A stretch of 64,000 bases of DNA. Source: Candidatus Latescibacterota bacterium (GTDB lineage: Bacteria; Latescibacterota; CBDEFO01). Position numbers and translations under genes: made by a program. Location of the stretch: assembly GCA_965248755.1 (NCBI GenBank), contig OZ252149.1, positions 2,304,001-2,368,000 on the forward strand, read 5' to 3'. The stretch's first letter is position 1; each line of letters begins with the position of its first letter. The notes under the pieces were generated by a model, which ran no database searches, was not told the origin of the DNA, and saw nothing but the letters and a program-made list of their open reading frames with translations. Positions 50,719 through 61,515 of the stretch are shown here, in pieces.

Positions 50719-51855
50719 ATGGATAGAAAGACTCTGTTCAAAGATATAAGACGCGTTGTTGTGAAGTTGGGGACGACGGTGATCACCCGCCAGGACAATT
50801 TGCTGGACCAAGATGTGATCCGGCGTCTTTCTGAGGAGATATCTGGTCTGAGAAGGAGAGGGATGCAGGTGGCTGTGGTCTCCTCAGGGGCCATCTCAGC
50901 GGGGATGGGGCGTCTGGGGATGAAAAGGAGGCCAGTGACTATACCTGATCTCCAGGCCGCCGCCGCTGTGGGTCAGAACCTCTTAATGCACAATTACAAG
51001 ATAGCTTTCAGGGAGTACGGAATAACGATAGCACAGGTTCTGCTCACCGCTGACGATCTGAAAGATCGGCCGCGTTATGTGAACGCGCGAAATACGCTGG
51101 CGGCTCTATTCAAATACGGGGTGGTGCCCGTTCTTAATGCGAACGACAGCGTGGCTATGGATGAGATCAAGGTGGGGGACAACGATACGCTGGCGGCGTA
51201 CGTCACCAACCTGATCGAAGCGCAGCTATTGGTTATCCTCTCCGACGTAGACGGCCTCTATTCCGGAGATCCCGGGCGGGGCGTTCAATCAGAGAACGAC
51301 CACTCTCTAATAGAGGTAGTGGAAGAGATAGACGATAAGTTTGAATCCTTCTGTGGAGGTCCCGGAAGCGATGTGGGAGTAGGCGGATTCAAGGCCAAGA
51401 TAAGGGCAGCCCGGATAGTTACGATGTCCGGAGAGATGCTGGTGATAGCTAACGGAAAGCGACATAGCCTGTCGGAAATAGTCCAGGGGGAAAATATAGG
51501 CACGCTCTTTTTGCCCGTGCGCAAAAAGATGACGGGCAGAAAGAGGTGGATAGCCTTCGCTATCGGAGGAGAAGGATCCCTAATCGTGGATCCAGGAGCA
51601 GTCAGGGCTATTGTAAAAGGGGGCAAGAGTCTCCTGCCATCGGGGATTGTGGGAATAAGGGGGAATTTTGATGCAGGAGAGATGGTCAAGATCGAGGATG
51701 AGTCCGGAAGAGAATTGGCACGGGGCCTGGCCAGATATTCCTGCGCTGAAGTAGATAAGATACGAGGGAGGAGATCGTCAGAGATAGAGGATGCTCTCGG
51801 TTATCGCAGGGACGATGAGGTGATCCACAGAGATGATATAGTGGTTTTAGTCTGA
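50719..51855 (+). CDS. proB: Glutamate 5-kinase (with PUA domain)
   Basis: VVKLGT, VSSGAI, GDNDTL, SDVDGLY and VIHRDD. Confidence 0.95.
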   Translation: MDRKTLFKDIRRVVVKLGTTVITRQDNLLDQDVIRRLSEEISGLRRRGMQVAVVSSGAISAGMGRLGMKRRPVTIPDLQAAAAVGQNLLMHNYKIAFREYGITIAQVLLTADDLKDRPRYVNARNTLAALFKYGVVPVLNANDSVAMDEIKVGDNDTLAAYVTNLIEAQLLVILSDVDGLYSGDPGRGVQSENDHSLIEVVEEIDDKFESFCGGPGSDVGVGGFKAKIRAARIVTMSGEMLVIANGKRHSLSEIVQGENIGTLFLPVRKKMTGRKRWIAFAIGGEGSLIVDPGAVRAIVKGGKSLLPSGIVGIRGNFDAGEMVKIEDESGRELARGLARYSCAEVDKIRGRRSSEIEDALGYRRDDEVIHRDDIVVLV

Positions 51856-51992
51856 TTGAGTTAAATACAGTAGACAGAAGAGATTGCTTGGCTGAACCTT
51901 CCCTTCGCTCTGGGCTTCGACCTTCATTCATTGCGAGGAGTGATCCCCCGATTAAATCGGGGGACCGGAAGCAATCTGGCAGGGAGCGCAAA

Positions 51993-53303
51993 ATGGATGT
52001 GAAGAGATATGTGTCAGATATGGCTAAGGCTGCAAAGATAGCGGCGCAAAAGCTGACCTATGCACCTATGAAGGTTAAGGATAACGCATTGGAGACTATG
52101 GCTTCGGGCTTGATTGAAAATGCCGAAAGGATAAAACAGGAGAATAATAAAGATATAAAGGAAGCCAGAAAAAGCGGGCTTTCCGGGGCTATAGTCGATA
52201 GGCTAAAGTTGGACGATAAGAGAATAGAGGATATGGCAACAGGCCTCAGGGAGATAGCGATGCAGCCCGATCCCATCGGAGCTGTGGAGGAGCTGAGGAG
52301 GCGCCCGAACGGTATGGAGGTGGGGAAAATGAGGGTTCCTATAGGAGTTATTGGAATCGTATATGAATCCAGGCCGAACGTGACGGCGGACGCTGCGGGA
52401 CTGTGCATTAAATCGGGGAACGCCGTGATCCTAAGAGGCGGGTCGGAGGCAATAAATTCCAATGTCTGCATAGCTAATATATTGTCGGACGCCGCCGAGT
52501 CTGCAGGTCTCCCCGAGAGAGCGATAAATCTTATCGAGACGACGGACAGAAAAGCTGTGATCGAGATGCTCAAGGCAGAGGGCCTTATCGATCTTGTAGT
52601 CCCAAGAGGAGGAAAGGGCCTGATCAAGACGGTGATGGACAATTCGCTCATTCCCGTCATAAAGCACTACGACGGAGTCTGCCACGTTTACGTAGACGAT
52701 GAGGCGGATTTGGATATGGCCTTAAGAATCGCGTATAACGCCAAGGCTCAGCGCCCGGGGGTCTGCAACGCGATGGAGACGCTCTTGGTGAACTCCAAAG
52801 TGGCAGATTCTTTCCTTCCCAAAATAGCCCACAAGCTCGAAGAGGCAGGTGTGGAGATAAGGGGCTGTGAGAGGACCAGAAATATTCTGTCCTCGATTGA
52901 ACCCTCCCCGATTGAATCTATCGGGGATAGATCGGGGGTCGGGGACAGAATCCAGGAGGCGACCCAAGAGGATTGGTACGCCGAATACCTGGATCTGATA
53001 CTGGCGGTCAAGGTGGTTGATAGCATAGACGAGGCGATGGATCATATAGATGTATACGGATCGCATCACACCGACGCTATCGTAACAGATAACTATTTCA
53101 AGGCTAGAAAGTTCGTTATGAGCGTCGATTCTTCCTCTGTGATGGTGAACGCTTCGACCCGACTAAGCGATGGGGCGATTTACGGTTTGGGGGCAGAGGT
53201 AGGCATCAGCACTGATAAGCTCCACGCAAGGGGCCCTATGGGCGCTGAGAGTCTGACGACGTACAAATGGGTGGTCTACGGAGATGGCCAGCTTCGGGAG
53301 TAG
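51993..53303 (+). CDS. proA: Gamma-glutamyl phosphate reductase with a repeat-derived insertion
   Basis: [27 protein letters not shown] and [12 protein letters not shown]. Confidence 0.96.
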   Translation: MDVKRYVSDMAKAAKIAAQKLTYAPMKVKDNALETMASGLIENAERIKQENNKDIKEARKSGLSGAIVDRLKLDDKRIEDMATGLREIAMQPDPIGAVEELRRRPNGMEVGKMRVPIGVIGIVYESRPNVTADAAGLCIKSGNAVILRGGSEAINSNVCIANILSDAAESAGLPERAINLIETTDRKAVIEMLKAEGLIDLVVPRGGKGLIKTVMDNSLIPVIKHYDGVCHVYVDDEADLDMALRIAYNAKAQRPGVCNAMETLLVNSKVADSFLPKIAHKLEEAGVEIRGCERTRNILSSIEPSPIESIGDRSGVGDRIQEATQEDWYAEYLDLILAVKVVDSIDEAMDHIDVYGSHHTDAIVTDNYFKARKFVMSVDSSSVMVNASTRLSDGAIYGLGAEVGISTDKLHARGPMGAESLTTYKWVVYGDGQLRE

Positions 53304-53685
53304 AAAACTGGACATAATAGATCAAGTCAAATTCGATGAACAGGGCCTGGTTGCAGCCATAGCACAGGACTTCGAGTCAGGAGAGGTCCTGATGGTGGGT
53401 TATATGAACGGGGAGAGCCTGAGGATGACGCTGAAGTCGGGGAGGATGACCTACTGGAGCAGAAGCAGGAAGGAACTCTGGATTAAGGGGGAAACGTCCG
53501 GAAATATCCAAGAAGTGAAAGAGATTATGTTAGATTGCGATGGAGACGCCTTGCTCTTTAAGATAGCACAGGAGGGCGAAGGGGCGTGTCATATGGGATA
53601 TAGATCGTGTTTCTACAGACGTATGGAAAATGGGAGCTGGGTCATAGATTCCAAAGAGGTCGAACGTCCACTCCGTGACGTCTGA
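53284..53685 (+). CDS. hisI: Phosphoribosyl-AMP cyclohydrolase
   Basis: [20 protein letters not shown] and ACHMG..SCF. Confidence 0.95.
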   Translation: MASFGSRKLDIIDQVKFDEQGLVAAIAQDFESGEVLMVGYMNGESLRMTLKSGRMTYWSRSRKELWIKGETSGNIQEVKEIMLDCDGDALLFKIAQEGEGACHMGYRSCFYRRMENGSWVIDSKEVERPLRDV

Positions 53686-54058
53686 TCCTGTAAAGATAGG
53701 GCCAAAAAGGATGAATTTGAAGAGAAAAACGCAGCTCTATCGAATGGCAAGTAGACCGCCCCTCTTTAAAAAGAAAAAGATAAAAAGTGTATTCATTCTG
53801 CTCGGCACCATACTCGTTACATACATATTTGTAGGTGGAGACTACGGCTTTTACAGGATATGGCGTCAAAAGGCTCAGATTGCAAGTCTCAAGGAGGATA
53901 TAGATGCCCTGAAGGAGGATAATGAGAGTTTGGAAAGGGAAATAGAACTCTTAGAGAACGATATGACTTATATAGAGAAAATAGCCAGGGAGGAATACGG
54001 GATGCATAAGGAAGGGGAGACAGTCTATCGAATAAGCTGGGATGGAGAGTGGAAATAG
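53675..54058 (+). CDS. Septum formation initiator (FtsB/DivIC) family protein
   Basis: One TM segment, coiled coil, and [15 protein letters not shown]. Confidence 0.85.
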   Translation: MTSDPVKIGPKRMNLKRKTQLYRMASRPPLFKKKKIKSVFILLGTILVTYIFVGGDYGFYRIWRQKAQIASLKEDIDALKEDNESLEREIELLENDMTYIEKIAREEYGMHKEGETVYRISWDGEWK

Positions 54059-54872
54059 GATGGGGATATGTAAGACCGAAGGGATAGTCCTCAGGACTCA
54101 TAAGTTAGGTGAAACCAGTAAGATAGCTACGCTCTACACTAAAGCTTTCGGAAAGATGAAGGTCGTAGCAAAGGGAGCCAGAAGCCCAAAGAGCAAGTTC
54201 GGAGCGAGCCTGGAGCCGATAACGTCGATCTTTCTTGTGTTCTACAGGAAGGAAAACAGGGACCTGCAGACCCTGAGTCAGACGGATATTGTCCATCCTT
54301 TCGGAGGATTGAAAGACAATTTGGAGAAGTTATCTTACGGGAGTGCTCTGTGCGAACTTACGGAAAGACTGACGGCGGAGAACGAATCCAACTTCAAATT
54401 CTATCGGACACTGGAAGATTGTCTGTTGAAAATGGAGGAAAGTCGTTCCGAGACCATGGAAAACGTCCTCTGGCATTTTCAGTTGAAGGCTATAGGAATT
54501 TTAGGTTATCAGCCCGATTTTTGTGTGTGTGTGTCTTGCAGGAAGGAGCCGGACTCCACACGGAATAGACCTTCGACAAAGATTATGTTCAGCATGGTGC
54601 TGGGTGGACTTCTATGCAGAAAGTGCTCAAAGAACGATGCAGGGGCAATGGAAGTGAATCTCGGGACCGTAAGGTTCCTGGAGAGTTTGAGAATGGCTAA
54701 TACATCGAGTGTGGTGAATATACGCACTTCAGATCCTCTCCAATCTGAGGTTGGGAATCTTCTGACCTCTTACCTGGAATACCATATAGGCGATCATAGA
54801 AAGCTAAAATCTTTACAAGTGTTGGAACAGATGAGGAGATATGTCCCAAAATACGAACGACCAGATGGATAA
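54042..54872 (+). CDS. recO: DNA repair protein RecO
   Basis: EGIVLR, GK..VVAKGAR.PKS and a C..C / C..C zinc finger. Confidence 0.92.
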   Translation: MESGNRMGICKTEGIVLRTHKLGETSKIATLYTKAFGKMKVVAKGARSPKSKFGASLEPITSIFLVFYRKENRDLQTLSQTDIVHPFGGLKDNLEKLSYGSALCELTERLTAENESNFKFYRTLEDCLLKMEESRSETMENVLWHFQLKAIGILGYQPDFCVCVSCRKEPDSTRNRPSTKIMFSMVLGGLLCRKCSKNDAGAMEVNLGTVRFLESLRMANTSSVVNIRTSDPLQSEVGNLLTSYLEYHIGDHRKLKSLQVLEQMRRYVPKYERPDG

Positions 54873-56193
54873 GATAGTCTCGCTCTGCAAGAGGAAGGGC
54901 TTTATATTTCAGAACAGTGAGATCTACGGTGGGCTGAACAGTTGCTGGGACTACGGGCCGTTGGGAGTAGAGTTGAAGAGAAACGTACACGATTACTGGT
55001 GGTTCTGGTTAACTCAGCTACACAGTGACATAGAGGGGCTGGAGACGAGCATCCTGATGCATCCGAGGGTCTGGGAGGCCTCAGGGCACGTGGAGAGCTT
55101 CACCGACCCGATGGTGGACTGCAAGATCTGTAAGCGCAGATTCAAGGCCGACGATATTGAGGAGGAAGTCTGCCCTTCTTGCGGCGGGGAGTTGACAGGG
55201 GCAAGACAGTTTAATCTGATGTTCAAGACGTTTCTGGGCCCTGTCGAGGACGATTCGAATGTGACATATCTAAGACCTGAGACGGCGCAGGGGAGCTACG
55301 TGAACTATCAGAACGTGATGAATGCGATGCGCAGGAAGATACCCTTCGGCATAGCCCAGGTAGGGAAGGCGTTCAGAAACGAAATAACTCCCGGTAATTT
55401 TACCTTTCGGACCCGTGAGTTCGAGCAGATGGAGATGCAATACTTCGTCAAACCGGGCACAGATGAGGGATGGTTCGAAGCGTGGAAGGAAGATAGAACA
55501 GCGTACTACAAGAACATAGGCATAAACCCTGAGAGATTAAGGTTCAGGGAGCATGGGCCTGACGAACTTGCTCACTACGCCAAGAGGGTTATCGACATCG
55601 AATACGAGTTCCCCTTCGGCTGGGCCGAACTGGAGGGGATCCACAACAGGACGGACTTCGACCTGAAGAGACATCAGGAATACTCTGGAAAGGATATGTC
55701 CTATTTCGACGAGGAGACCAGGGAAAGCTACATTCCTTACGTGGTAGAGACCGCAGCGGGGTTGACAAGGACTGTGCTTGTGTGTCTGATAGACGGCTAC
55801 GATGAGGAGATGGTGAAGGGCCGCCCGAGGGTCATCTTGAGGCTCCATCCGAGATTGGCTCCGATAAAGGCGGGGATATTTCCTCTGGTCAAGAGGGACG
55901 GTATGCCTGAAATAGCCAGAGAGATAGAGGTAGATTTGAGGAGGCACTTGAGGGTCTTCTACGACGAGAACGGGGCGGTCGGCAGGCGATACAGGAGGAT
56001 GGACGAAGTGGGCACGCCTTACTGTATTACGGTGGATTCAGAGACCAAAGCGGACGACACGGTGACGGTGAGGGACAGGGATACCATGGAGCAGATCAGA
56101 GTGAAGATCAATCAGGTGAGAGAGTATCTGGAGGAGAGCATAGAGAATTGGAAAAGGCCTGAGCGGCTCCCTGACAAGGTAGTTCAAGCTTAG
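54841..56193 (+). CDS. glyQS: Glycine--tRNA ligase (alpha2 dimeric type)
   Basis: DYGPLGVELK, YLRPETAQG, FRNEITP, REFEQME and GRRYRRMDEVGTP. Confidence 0.96.
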   Translation: MSQNTNDQMDKIVSLCKRKGFIFQNSEIYGGLNSCWDYGPLGVELKRNVHDYWWFWLTQLHSDIEGLETSILMHPRVWEASGHVESFTDPMVDCKICKRRFKADDIEEEVCPSCGGELTGARQFNLMFKTFLGPVEDDSNVTYLRPETAQGSYVNYQNVMNAMRRKIPFGIAQVGKAFRNEITPGNFTFRTREFEQMEMQYFVKPGTDEGWFEAWKEDRTAYYKNIGINPERLRFREHGPDELAHYAKRVIDIEYEFPFGWAELEGIHNRTDFDLKRHQEYSGKDMSYFDEETRESYIPYVVETAAGLTRTVLVCLIDGYDEEMVKGRPRVILRLHPRLAPIKAGIFPLVKRDGMPEIAREIEVDLRRHLRVFYDENGAVGRRYRRMDEVGTPYCITVDSETKADDTVTVRDRDTMEQIRVKINQVREYLEESIENWKRPERLPDKVVQA

Positions 56194-56195
56194 AT

Positions 56196-57638
56196 ATGAA
56201 TATCAAGGCTGTAGTGCATATACTGGGTGCCTTGCTCTTCTTCCTTGGGTTGTCAATGCTCTTCCCCTTGGGGTTTTCGCTCTATTTCGGGGATGGCGAC
56301 GCAACTGCAATAGGCTCCTCCGCGCTCATATCCATGGCTGCAGGTCTTTTGGCCTGGAGCACCATGAAAGTGGAGCAGGAATTAGGGATAAGAGACAGTT
56401 TTGCCGTTGTGACCTTAGGATGGGTGGTTATGGCGGCGTTCGGCGCGCTCCCTTTCTTGCTTTCCGGGACTGTGGATTCACCTACGGACGCCTATTTTGA
56501 GACTATGTCGGGTATGACGACGACAGGGGCGACGATCTTAACCGATATAGAGGGCATACCACGGGGGATCCTCTTCTGGAGGAGTCTGACCCACTGGCTC
56601 GGCGGAATGGGGATTATAGTTCTGTCTTTGGCTATCCTGCCCATGTTGGGCGTGGGCGGTATGCAGCTGTTCAAAGCTGAGGTCCCAGGTCCCGTCTCCG
56701 ACAAGCTGAGTCCGAGGGTTCAAAGCACGGCAAAGATCCTTTGGGGAGTCTACGTCCTCTTTTCAGGAATCGAGACGGTCCTTTTGATGGCAGGCGGGAT
56801 GTCGTTTTTTGACTCCCTTTGCCATACGTTTGGAACTATGGCTACGGGGGGATTTTCGACCAAAAATATGAGTATAGGACACTACGACAGTGCCTACTTC
56901 GACTTTGTGATCATAATATTTATGCTGATAGCGGGGACGAACTTTGCTCTGCACTACAGGTTTTTAAAAGGCAATTGGAAGTGCTACTTCCAAGACAAAG
57001 AATTCCTGTTCTATATAAGTATAGTCGGGATCGCAGCGTTGATAATCGGTCTGGACATAGGAATTCGAACCTACGATGACATCGGACTTTCAATCAGAGC
57101 GGCACTCTTTCAATCGGCCTCGATCACCACAACGACAGGCTACGGGACAGCGGATTTTGAGGGGTGGTCGTATCTCTCTCAGTTTATGCTTTTTGGCTTG
57201 ATGTTTGTGGGAGGATGCGCAGGTTCGACAGGCGGAAGTATCAAGAATATACGGGTGATGCTCCTTTTCAAGCAAAGCATAGTTGAGTTGAAGAGACTGA
57301 TCCATCCAGAGGCAGTGATCCCGGTCAGGTTAGGCGGCAGGAGCATTCCAGCCGATGTGGTAGGAAACGTCTTGAGTTTCTTTATCGTCTATATGTTCTC
57401 ATTTTTTGCTGCGACTTTGATAATGTCGCTTTTGGGCTTGGACATAGTCAGCGCGTTGACGGCTGCTGCTGCTACCCTGGGGAACATAGGTCCGGGCCTT
57501 GGATCTATAGGTCCTACAGATAATTATGCGCACATTCCTACTGCAGGCAAGTGGGTGCTGTCGGTGTGCATGCTTCTGGGAAGGCTCGAGCTTTTCACTG
57601 TGCTGGTCCTCTTCACGCCTGAGTTCTGGAGGAAGTGA
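56196..57638 (+). CDS. trkH: Trk system potassium uptake membrane protein
   Basis: TTTGAT, ATGGFS, TTTGY, GSTGG, GNIGPG and LGRLE. Confidence 0.93.
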   Translation: MNIKAVVHILGALLFFLGLSMLFPLGFSLYFGDGDATAIGSSALISMAAGLLAWSTMKVEQELGIRDSFAVVTLGWVVMAAFGALPFLLSGTVDSPTDAYFETMSGMTTTGATILTDIEGIPRGILFWRSLTHWLGGMGIIVLSLAILPMLGVGGMQLFKAEVPGPVSDKLSPRVQSTAKILWGVYVLFSGIETVLLMAGGMSFFDSLCHTFGTMATGGFSTKNMSIGHYDSAYFDFVIIIFMLIAGTNFALHYRFLKGNWKCYFQDKEFLFYISIVGIAALIIGLDIGIRTYDDIGLSIRAALFQSASITTTTGYGTADFEGWSYLSQFMLFGLMFVGGCAGSTGGSIKNIRVMLLFKQSIVELKRLIHPEAVIPVRLGGRSIPADVVGNVLSFFIVYMFSFFAATLIMSLLGLDIVSALTAAAATLGNIGPGLGSIGPTDNYAHIPTAGKWVLSVCMLLGRLELFTVLVLFTPEFWRK

Positions 57639-57687
57639 GATTCTGTCCTGACTTATGACTAAGGACTCCTAACAATCGCCAAAAACT

Positions 57688-58419
57688 ATGACAAAGAGCT
57701 TCCTTGCAGCCCTACTGGCCCTATCTTTCCTTTTGAGTTCTGCCGATTCGAATGCTCAAGTTACCATCGGCGGCGCTGGAATCTACCAGGGTTTCGACAT
57801 CTACTCTGTGGATGAGCAAAATGGCCAGGATTTTCTATTGAAGGATGGAAAGACAAAGGTGAATCTGATAAGAGAGGAGATCGAGAATCCAAACATATTC
57901 GGGGGACGGATATACTTGAACATTCTTCCGAAGACTTCAGTAGAATTGAGCTTCGACGGAGTAGCGAATGATTACGAGTTTATCTTCACTAATGTGAACA
58001 ATCCAGAGTCTGTGAAAGGCACAGGGACCTTTTTGAGGATGGGGCTCTATGCGACTTTGACGCGGGATCTGGTGAGCTTTCCCAAAGGAGTAAAAGGCCT
58101 GACTATCTACACCGGTGCGGGAGCAGGCTTTAACGCCCTGAGGCCGGCCCTGTCCCAAGAAATCATCTCGTCAAATGTGGATAAATGGACGGGGAGCCTG
58201 GATGCAGATGAGGTAGCTGATATAAATGTGAGGGCAACAGGGCACGGCCTGTTCGGCATCAAAATTAGACCGTCGCTCATCCCCTTTTCCATAGACGGAG
58301 GAATCAGGTACACAGCAGGAAGCAAGACCAAGTTCAACGAAGTTGACAGGTTCTTCTCGATTTACGCAGGAGTATCGCTGAGGTTGCTGTCAACGGGGAA
58401 AAGTAAACATAATCCCTGA
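57688..58419 (+). CDS. Hypothetical exported/outer-membrane beta-barrel protein
   Basis: Signal peptide, YTGAGAG and GGIRY beta-strand motifs. Confidence 0.6.
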   Translation: MTKSFLAALLALSFLLSSADSNAQVTIGGAGIYQGFDIYSVDEQNGQDFLLKDGKTKVNLIREEIENPNIFGGRIYLNILPKTSVELSFDGVANDYEFIFTNVNNPESVKGTGTFLRMGLYATLTRDLVSFPKGVKGLTIYTGAGAGFNALRPALSQEIISSNVDKWTGSLDADEVADINVRATGHGLFGIKIRPSLIPFSIDGGIRYTAGSKTKFNEVDRFFSIYAGVSLRLLSTGKSKHNP

Positions 58420-58563
58420 CCTGTTGAAACTAAAGGTCAGATCGTTCGTCAAAGATACGGAGCTTTCATCGAGTAAGCGCTTGACAATAGCAGAGGCGCA
58501 CCGTTTATTAGTTAAGTCAATTTAAGCGTATTCCCTTCTGGTCTGGTACCTGGAGAAAGCTTA

Positions 58564-60039
58564 ATGGAATGGTGGCAAACCCTATGCCTTCTGGCATACT
58601 TTGCAGTGATAGTGATTCTGTCGATATATGGTCTTCACCGGCATTTGATGGTAATTTTGTACTATAAGCACAAACGCAAAGTTCCCAAGCCAAAAGGGAC
58701 CTTCCCTTCTCCTCCCCAGGTTACGGTTCAACTTCCCATCTATAACGAAAGATACGTGGTAGAACGATTGATAAGAGCGGTATCTAAGATAGACTACCCT
58801 GAGGAACTCCTGGAGATACAGGTTCTGGATGATTCGACGGACGTGACGACAAAAATAGCCCACAATACAGTAGAGGACTTGAAGGCAAAAGGCCACGATA
58901 TATCTTATATACCCAGACACAACAGGAAGGGATTCAAAGCCGGCGCGCTGGCGGGAGGTCTAATAAGGGCCAAGGGGGACTTTATAGCGATATTTGACGC
59001 AGATTTCGTGCCGGGCAGGGATTTCCTTGTAAGAACGATAGACCATTTTGCGGATAAGGAAGTCGGGATGGTTCAGACGAGGTGGGGACATTTGAACAGC
59101 GATTACAGCCTTTTGACAAAGATTCAGGCCATGTTTCTGGACGGACACTTTGTGATTGAACACAACGCAAGGAACAGGTCTGGAAGGTTCTTCAACTTCA
59201 ACGGGACCGCAGGGATATGGAGGAAAGACTGTATATTATCTTCGGGAGGATGGCAGTACGACACCTTAACTGAAGATCTGGATTTGAGCTACAGGGCTCA
59301 GATGGGAGGATGGAAGTTTGTGTTCCTTGATGATGTGGTGTCTCCTGCGGAGCTGCCGGTGGAGATAGACGCCTTTAAGTCTCAGCAGCACAGGTGGTCA
59401 AAAGGCTCTATTCAGACAGCCAAGAAGCTACTACCGCAACTCTTAAGGACCAAACTGCCTTTCCACGTGAAGCTTGAAGCTCTGTTCCATCTGACTAACA
59501 ACCTTTCTTACCTATTCATGTTCCTCTTGACGCTCTTGATCCTTCCGGTTTTGATCATTAGGGCGGATATGGGATGGCAGAAGGGAATTCTGATAGACAT
59601 TCCGCTCTTATGGGCAGCAACAGGGGCCATCTCCTGGTTCTACATCTCCTCGCAGAAGGAGATCTATGCAAACTGGAAACGAATGATCAAGTATCTTCCT
59701 GGTCTTATGTCTCTGGGCATAGGACTATGTGTCAACAACGCCAAGGCTGTCCTGGAAGCGCTATTGAACCACCGGACGGGGTTTACAAGGACACCTAAAT
59801 ACCACATAGTGGATAGGGGCGACAGCTGGAGGAATAAGGTTTATACAAACGGAAAGAGGCTGTCTTTTATGGAGCTCTTTTGGGCTCTCTATTGCTCCTT
59901 TTCTACTTTGTTTGCATTGACCAATCAGTTATTCGCTTCACTGCCGTTTTTGCTGCTGTTTCAAGCGGGTTTCGTGTATATGGTCTTCACATCTTTGTTT
60001 CAAGGGGGAAAAGCTACGCATGCCCGCGCCACAGCTTAA
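58564..60039 (+). CDS. GT2 cellulose-synthase-like glycosyltransferase
   Basis: QLPIYNE, QVLDDS, KAGAL, FDADF, TEDLDLSYR and QQHRW. Confidence 0.92.
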   Translation: MEWWQTLCLLAYFAVIVILSIYGLHRHLMVILYYKHKRKVPKPKGTFPSPPQVTVQLPIYNERYVVERLIRAVSKIDYPEELLEIQVLDDSTDVTTKIAHNTVEDLKAKGHDISYIPRHNRKGFKAGALAGGLIRAKGDFIAIFDADFVPGRDFLVRTIDHFADKEVGMVQTRWGHLNSDYSLLTKIQAMFLDGHFVIEHNARNRSGRFFNFNGTAGIWRKDCILSSGGWQYDTLTEDLDLSYRAQMGGWKFVFLDDVVSPAELPVEIDAFKSQQHRWSKGSIQTAKKLLPQLLRTKLPFHVKLEALFHLTNNLSYLFMFLLTLLILPVLIIRADMGWQKGILIDIPLLWAATGAISWFYISSQKEIYANWKRMIKYLPGLMSLGIGLCVNNAKAVLEALLNHRTGFTRTPKYHIVDRGDSWRNKVYTNGKRLSFMELFWALYCSFSTLFALTNQLFASLPFLLLFQAGFVYMVFTSLFQGGKATHARATA

Positions 60040-60607
60040 AGTGGAAGATGGACCCCAGGTAACAGAGAACAGACATGATGTCTTTACTCTGTCGAACGTT
60101 TTGAGCGTTTCGCGGCTCGCATTGCTGCCCTTTATATTGCTCTGTGTTCAAGAGGAGCAGCCGCTGTACCGATATATAACCTTGCTCCTTATTGCTCTTG
60201 CGATGCTCAGCGACTGTCTGGATGGTTACTTGGCAAGGAGGCGAGGCGAAACCACAAATTTGGGAAAGATTCTAGATCCCCTGGTAGATAAGATAACACT
60301 GGGCTTCTTAGCATTCATGTTGGTCTATTATAGAAGCTTTCCGATGTGGATGGCGTTTGTTATCGTGGGGAAGGATATTCTTATAGCGATCGCGGGACTG
60401 TCCGTAATAGGTAAAAGGAAGATAATTATGACAGCGAACAAGTGGGGCAGAGCAACAGTCAATATACTGTGGATTCTGCTGTTGTGCTACGTTCTGGAAA
60501 TTGATTTTATGAAGTTGCCTCTCCTTCTTTTGGCGATGATCTTTGTCACAATGTCTTTGGCAAGTTACGGTCTTAGAGCCTTGACTTTGATGAAGAGTCG
60601 AATCTGA
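60020..60607 (+). CDS. CDP-alcohol phosphatidyltransferase family protein
   Basis: DCLDGYLAR...GKILDPLVDK motif. Confidence 0.9.
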   Translation: MPAPQLKVEDGPQVTENRHDVFTLSNVLSVSRLALLPFILLCVQEEQPLYRYITLLLIALAMLSDCLDGYLARRRGETTNLGKILDPLVDKITLGFLAFMLVYYRSFPMWMAFVIVGKDILIAIAGLSVIGKRKIIMTANKWGRATVNILWILLLCYVLEIDFMKLPLLLLAMIFVTMSLASYGLRALTLMKSRI

Positions 60608-60677
60608 ACTGTCAAGCAGGATGGCACATCTTCCACCAGGCGGATCTTAAGTCCGCTTTTTTTGTTTTGCTGATGAG

Positions 60678-61451
60678 ATGGCAACAGCTCTATTAAGATT
60701 GGCGTTGTTACTATTTGTTTGCCTTTCGCTTTGCGGATGTTCTCAGGATAAAGGTAAAAAGAACGAGCTTTTGCTATCGGCGGCTGCAAGTTTAACGGAC
60801 TCTTTCGCACAGATAGGAGACATGTTCGAGGCGAACAATCCAGGGCTCTCGGTAAGGTTCAACTTCGGCGGATCGAACCTGTTGGAAAAACAGATCGAAC
60901 GCGGGGCGCCTGTGGACATCTTTGCAAGCGCGGCACAAATTCAAATGGACAGGCTTCAAGGGAAGGGGGCGATCTTGGAGGAGACCAGGAGAGATTTTGC
61001 AGGTAACAGCATAGTATTGATAGTTCCACCAGACGCAGATGCGGACTCACTTTCGTTTGAGGCTTTGAAGGACCAAAAGATTGAGAGGATAGCTTTAGGC
61101 AACGAGGGAGTCCCAGCGGGAATGTACGGCCGCGAAGTCCTTCAGGCTCTGGGATTGTGGGACAGTCTTCAGCCCAAGCTAATCTTCGCAGAGAACGCGC
61201 GTCAGGTGCTCCATTATGTATCGAGGGGCGAAACAGGTGCGGGCCTGGTCTATTGGACGGATGCGCGCATATCAAGAAATGTGAGGGTCGTTGCAAGGGC
61301 ACAAAGAGAATGGCATACAAAGATCGCATATCCGATAGCTGTCCTGAAGAGGTCCCAGAATATCACTCTCGCAAAGAGATTTGTGGAGTTCGTAACAGGA
61401 TCTGAAAGCAGAAAAGTGCTGATGAAATACGGCTTTACCCCTGGAAGTTAG
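60678..61451 (+). CDS. modA: Molybdate ABC transporter substrate-binding protein
   Basis: AAASL, FGGS..L..QI..GAPVD, VPAG.Y and VY.TD. Confidence 0.92.
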   Translation: MATALLRLALLLFVCLSLCGCSQDKGKKNELLLSAAASLTDSFAQIGDMFEANNPGLSVRFNFGGSNLLEKQIERGAPVDIFASAAQIQMDRLQGKGAILEETRRDFAGNSIVLIVPPDADADSLSFEALKDQKIERIALGNEGVPAGMYGREVLQALGLWDSLQPKLIFAENARQVLHYVSRGETGAGLVYWTDARISRNVRVVARAQREWHTKIAYPIAVLKRSQNITLAKRFVEFVTGSESRKVLMKYGFTPGS

Positions 61452-61515
61452 GAGGTCAGAAATTCCTGTTCTGACAATAAAAAGAACTTTTTGGGGAGAA
61501 AGTGGAGGATAGGGA

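Larger units (their letters stand above)
16398..52926. repeat. Dispersed 21-bp palindromic REP-like repeat CCCCGAT-TGAATCT-ATCGGGG
   Basis: Full or partial copies at about 16398, 18328, 20918, 21980, 24968, 25017, 51946 (short variant) and 52906, in both orientations. Confidence 0.85.
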
